From positions 1 through 54,791 of the forward strand of contig CAZSWF010000003.1 in assembly GCA_964610995.1 (NCBI GenBank): DNA of 54,791 nt. The letters are read 5' to 3'. Within the stretch, counting starts at the first letter, position 1. The number at the start of each line of letters is the position of its first letter. The notes beneath the pieces are model-generated. The model did no database searches, had not been told where the DNA came from, and was given only the letters and a program-made list of their open reading frames with translations. Made by a program: the position numbers and the translations under genes. Below, piece after piece: positions 52,039 through 54,791 of this stretch. Source of the DNA: an uncultured Candidatus Saccharibacteria bacterium. Its GTDB lineage: Bacteria > Patescibacteriota > Minisyncoccia > Phycocordibacterales > UBA9973.

Positions 52039-52464
52039 TTATCGAGATATTGAAGGAATAGGAGCAACTGGTATTTTATCGTAAATACATTTTGGAGTGA
52101 ATAATAATCCAGATCCATAACCAGTAGGTTGAGGTGCGACATATTTTGCGTATTCTGCATTAAAGAATGCTCGGGTCAGTGGCCCAACAAATCCTGTACT
52201 ACTAATACTATTGTCTGCTTGTAGTTTCTTTACTGCTCCAAAGGTGACCGACCCAAAGTATCCAGTGAGTTGTGTTTGAGTAGAAATATACCCATGTGAC
52301 TGAAGATATTCTTGGAGAAACTGAACATCGGGATCACAAAGACCGCGAGAAAGATTTTTATTTAATGGTCTATTTGGATATGGCGCTCCTGCCGCTAATA
52401 CACCAAAAGTGCCGAACGCGAATGATGTAAGTAAGGTTATTATAATTATTTTTTTCATACACAT
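52039..52464 (-). CDS. Secreted peptidoglycan-binding (PG_binding_1-like) domain protein
   Basis: Signal peptide KKIIIITLLTSFAFGTFGVLA. DVQFLQEYLQSHGYI...GYFGSVTFGAVKKLQ...GFVGPLT. Confidence 0.7.
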   Translation of the reverse strand: MCMKKIIIITLLTSFAFGTFGVLAAGAPYPNRPLNKNLSRGLCDPDVQFLQEYLQSHGYISTQTQLTGYFGSVTFGAVKKLQADNSISSTGFVGPLTRAFFNAEYAKYVAPQPTGYGSGLLFTPKCIYDKIPVAPIPSISR

Positions 52465-52505
52465 AAAGAATATATCATTTTTTTATTTTATCAAAAATAT
52501 ATAGC

Positions 52506-52526
52506 AAAAACTCCCCTTTCGGGGAG
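52506..52526 (-). terminator. Intrinsic terminator directly after rpsJ
   Basis: Minus strand reads CTCCCC-gaaa-GGGGAG followed by TTTTTG. Confidence 0.7.
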
Positions 52527-52555
52527 TGTTTGCTGAGTATGTTCTTTTGGTGAAC

Positions 52556-52906
52556 CTACATCATTTTGACATCGATATCGACACCTGATGGCATTGAGAG
52601 GTTTGTGAGCGCCTCAATGACCTTGGGTGATGGATTTTCAATGTCGATCAGTCGCTTGTGTACTCGCATCTCGAACTGCTCACGAGCATTTTTGTAGATG
52701 AAGGGAGAGCGGTTGACCGTGTATTTCTTGATTTCAGTTGGCAGCGGGATCGGTCCTCGGACGACTGCGTCGTAGCGAGTAGCGGTGTCCACGATCTGCT
52801 TGACTGAAGCATCGAGAATCTTGTTTTCATAGGCTCGGACTCGGATACGGAGCATGCTCTGTACCTCTGTACCTGCTTTTGATTTTGTTGGTGTTTTTGT
52901 TGCCAT
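52556..52906 (-). CDS. rpsJ: 30S ribosomal protein S10 (short N-terminal extension)
   Basis: [14 protein letters not shown]...RGPIPLPT...[12 protein letters not shown]. Confidence 0.92.
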   Translation of the reverse strand: MATKTPTKSKAGTEVQSMLRIRVRAYENKILDASVKQIVDTATRYDAVVRGPIPLPTEIKKYTVNRSPFIYKNAREQFEMRVHKRLIDIENPSPKVIEALTNLSMPSGVDIDVKMM

Positions 52907-52996
52907 AGTGAATGAACTCGGTATGTGTCGGGGTGGTATGGGTGGGTTCGTCTGTTTCTACGCCATACTCCCTACTTCGATACCATGTGTCTATAC

Positions 52997-54187
52997 TTAC
53001 GCAATAATCTTGGTTACAACACCAGCACCGACTGTGCGGCCACCTTCACGGATCGCAAAGCGCATCTGGTCTTCCATCGCTACTGGTACGACCAGCTTCA
53101 CGACGATTTTGACAGTGTCTCCTGGCATGACCATTTCGGTACCTGCAGGGAGGGTTACTTCACCGGTTACGTCAGTTGTACGGATGTAGAACTGAGGCTT
53201 GTAGCCGTTGACAAATGGAGTGTGTCGTCCACCTTCTTCCTTCTTGAGGACGTAGACTTCACCTTCAAACTCGGTGTGAGGCTTCACAGAACCGCTCTTG
53301 CAGAGCACCTGACCACGAGTGAGATCTTCTTTCTTTGCACCTCGGAGGAGAATACCTGCGTTGTCGCCGGCCATACCTTCTTGGAGGTTTTTGTTAAACA
53401 TTTCGATACCGGTCACTGTTGTTTTTGCAGTGTCTTTGATACCGACGATTTCGATTTCTTCACCGACTTTCACTGTTCCACGTTCGATACGACCAGTGAC
53501 CACAGTACCTCGGCCTTCGATAGAAAAGATGTCTTCGATCGGCATAAGGAATGGTTTGTCGATTTCACGTTCTGGAAGTGGGATGTAGGTGTCGAGTGCG
53601 TTGGTGAGTTCGAGAACCTTTTGTGCCCACGGATCATCAATAGATGTTGATTCGAGTGCCTTGAGTCCTGATCCACGGATCACTGGACAATCCTTGTCAA
53701 AGCCTTGTTTTGCAAGGATTTCACGGATTTCTTCTTCGACGAGGTCGATCATGTCTTTGTCGTCAACCATGTCGCACTTGTTGAGGAACACAATGATTTT
53801 TGGCACACCAACTTGCTTCGCAAGAAGGATGTGTTCACGGGTCTGTGGCATCGCACCATCGGTCGCTGCAACCACGATGATTGCACCGTCCATCTGCGCT
53901 GCACCAGTGATCATGTTCTTGATGTAGTCAGCGTGACCTGGCGCATCGATGTGCGCATAGTGACGAGTTGCTGTTTCGTACTCGTTGTGGGAAATGTTGA
54001 TCGTAATACCACGAGCTTTTTCTTCGGGTGCGCCGTCAATGTCGCCGACTCCCTTGAGCTTCACGGTGTTTCCTGCCATGTTCAACACATGAAGGATTGC
54101 TGCAGTAAGCGTCGTCTTACCATGGTCAACGTGACCGATAGTACCGACGTTTACGTGCGGCTTATCTCGCTTAAATTCTCCTGCCAT
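52997..54187 (-). CDS. tuf: Elongation factor Tu
   Basis: [31 protein letters not shown]. Start refined to [11 protein letters not shown]. Confidence 0.95.
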   Translation of the reverse strand: MAGEFKRDKPHVNVGTIGHVDHGKTTLTAAILHVLNMAGNTVKLKGVGDIDGAPEEKARGITINISHNEYETATRHYAHIDAPGHADYIKNMITGAAQMDGAIIVVAATDGAMPQTREHILLAKQVGVPKIIVFLNKCDMVDDKDMIDLVEEEIREILAKQGFDKDCPVIRGSGLKALESTSIDDPWAQKVLELTNALDTYIPLPEREIDKPFLMPIEDIFSIEGRGTVVTGRIERGTVKVGEEIEIVGIKDTAKTTVTGIEMFNKNLQEGMAGDNAGILLRGAKKEDLTRGQVLCKSGSVKPHTEFEGEVYVLKKEEGGRHTPFVNGYKPQFYIRTTDVTGEVTLPAGTEMVMPGDTVKIVVKLVVPVAMEDQMRFAIREGGRTVGAGVVTKIIA

Positions 54188-54211
54188 ATAATATATTTTA
54201 ATTTTTACTAA

Positions 54212-54263
54212 TAAACAAACAAAAACAATCAACCCGACTCTCGTCAGGCACAAAATTGATTGT
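54212..54263 (-). promoter_or_regulatory. 5'-leader stem-loop followed by a U-rich tract between the tuf promoter and tuf
   Basis: Minus strand reads ACAATCAA-uuuugug-CCUGAC-gaga-GUCGGG-UUGAUUGU followed by UUUUGUUUGUUU. The pairing is better on the minus strand (a U-G pair versus a C-A mismatch). Confidence 0.5.
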
Positions 54264-54268
54264 CCCCT

Positions 54269-54297
54269 ATGATACCGGTGTGTGGGGGCTTTGTCAA
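54269..54297 (-). promoter_or_regulatory. Promoter TTGACA-17-TATCAT upstream of tuf
   Basis: Minus strand reads ttaTTGACAaagcccccacacaccggTATCATag, right after the upstream terminator. Confidence 0.55.
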
Positions 54298-54304
54298 TAA
54301 AATA

Positions 54305-54333
54305 CAAAAAGTGCCAGATATACATCTGGCACT
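54305..54333 (-). terminator. Intrinsic terminator after the 111-aa gene
   Basis: Minus strand reads AGTGCCAGAT-gtat-ATCTGGCACT followed by TTTTTG. Confidence 0.8.
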
Positions 54334-54347
54334 ACGTTGTGTTGAAG

Positions 54348-54683
54348 CTATGCAACAGTTCCCGAAAGCATATTAATAACTACTGCAACGTTGTCTACAT
54401 GCTTGGACCCATGACAGTTGCCAGGGATAAATACTGTTTTTTTATCCCCTCTGGCATCTGTTTCAACCTTGAAGTCGCCCAATAAAATTCTTTCTTTCGT
54501 CAATAACGATAGTCTCAGCGGGGTACGACTTTTGTCGTCTTGCTCGTACCTTACTGAATACTTCGCTCCATTGATTGATGCTTCTCCTTCAAACACATTG
54601 TTTGAGGTTTCCTGAGGTAAATCTATGTTTTTAGAAAAAAAATTACCCAGATTTTGTGGGGGAATACTACTTACACTTTTCAT
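54348..54683 (-). CDS. Hypothetical protein (111 aa), AT-rich cassette upstream of tuf
   Basis: Clean ORF flanked by terminators on both sides. No motif recognised. Confidence 0.5.
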   Translation of the reverse strand: MKSVSSIPPQNLGNFFSKNIDLPQETSNNVFEGEASINGAKYSVRYEQDDKSRTPLRLSLLTKERILLGDFKVETDARGDKKTVFIPGNCHGSKHVDNVAVVINMLSGTVA

Positions 54684-54735
54684 AACTATATAAAATTTTA
54701 ATTTTAATTATTGTAACAAATTTTTTTCTTTTGTC

Positions 54736-54769
54736 AAAAAAAATACCGAGCTGTACTATAGCTCGGTAT
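54736..54769 (-). terminator. Intrinsic terminator of an upstream (off-window) minus-strand gene, T-run running into TTGACA
   Basis: Minus strand reads ATACCGAGCT-atagtac-AGCTCGGTAT followed by TTTTTTTTGACA. Confidence 0.75.
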
Positions 54770-54791
54770 TTGGGTAGATACTTAGAATGTA

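Noticed and set aside
1-54791. Possibility of an alternative genetic code (UGA recoding, as in some CPR-related lineages).
   Set aside because: All conserved genes, including tuf, secY, ftsH, recG and the r-proteins, are full-length and uninterrupted under the standard bacterial code.

Overview
This looks like a bacterial chromosome segment from a small-genome CPR/Patescibacteria-type organism. That placement is an inference from three things: an r-protein cluster with no L30 gene, many leaderless genes, and lamin-tail and DUF5667-like proteins. All composition statements are by eye; nothing was computed. The window has three parts. (1) Positions 1-4431 are an AT-rich integrative element whose left end lies outside the window. 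It carries a tyrosine recombinase, a Nudix hydrolase, an excisionase-like HTH protein and a large serine recombinase. The last ORF overlaps the 3' end of a long-variable-arm tRNA. (2) Positions 4.5-35 kb hold housekeeping genes: dedA, a TMEM175-like channel, an RRM protein, recG, ychF, a family-4 UDG, NDH-2, an ECF sigma/anti-sigma pair, a Pif1/RecD-like helicase, capA, ftsH, smpB plus tmRNA, truB, infC-rpmI-rplT, an ABC-F ATPase, map and adk. This part also has a translationally coupled VirD4/TraD-like ATPase plus lamin-tail/PKD surface protein, and an 877-aa beta-helix surface protein. (3) Positions 35-54 kb hold the minus-strand tuf-S10-spc-secY cluster, which is cut into several transcription units. 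A peptidoglycan-binding protein gene sits between rpsJ and rplC, and a CPBP-like membrane protein gene sits between rplE and rpsN. A 5.4-kb block sits between rplB and rpsS. It contains dgkA, a RelE/RHH toxin-antitoxin pair, two orphan genes and a very AT-rich 1075-aa SF2 helicase. The C-terminal half of that helicase is six tandem ~74-aa repeats I cannot assign to any family, and it is my top candidate for something new. RNA genes found are tRNA-Ser(GCU), a Ser-like tRNA with apparent anticodon ACU, a tRNA with anticodon UAU, and tmRNA. I found no rRNA, CRISPR array, transposase or reverse transcriptase. Two promoter styles are visible. Host-like genes have TGnTAnnnT/TATACT boxes 6-10 nt before the start codon, so they are probably leaderless. 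AT-rich cassettes have canonical TTGACx-16/17-TAnnnT promoters fused to the preceding terminator.
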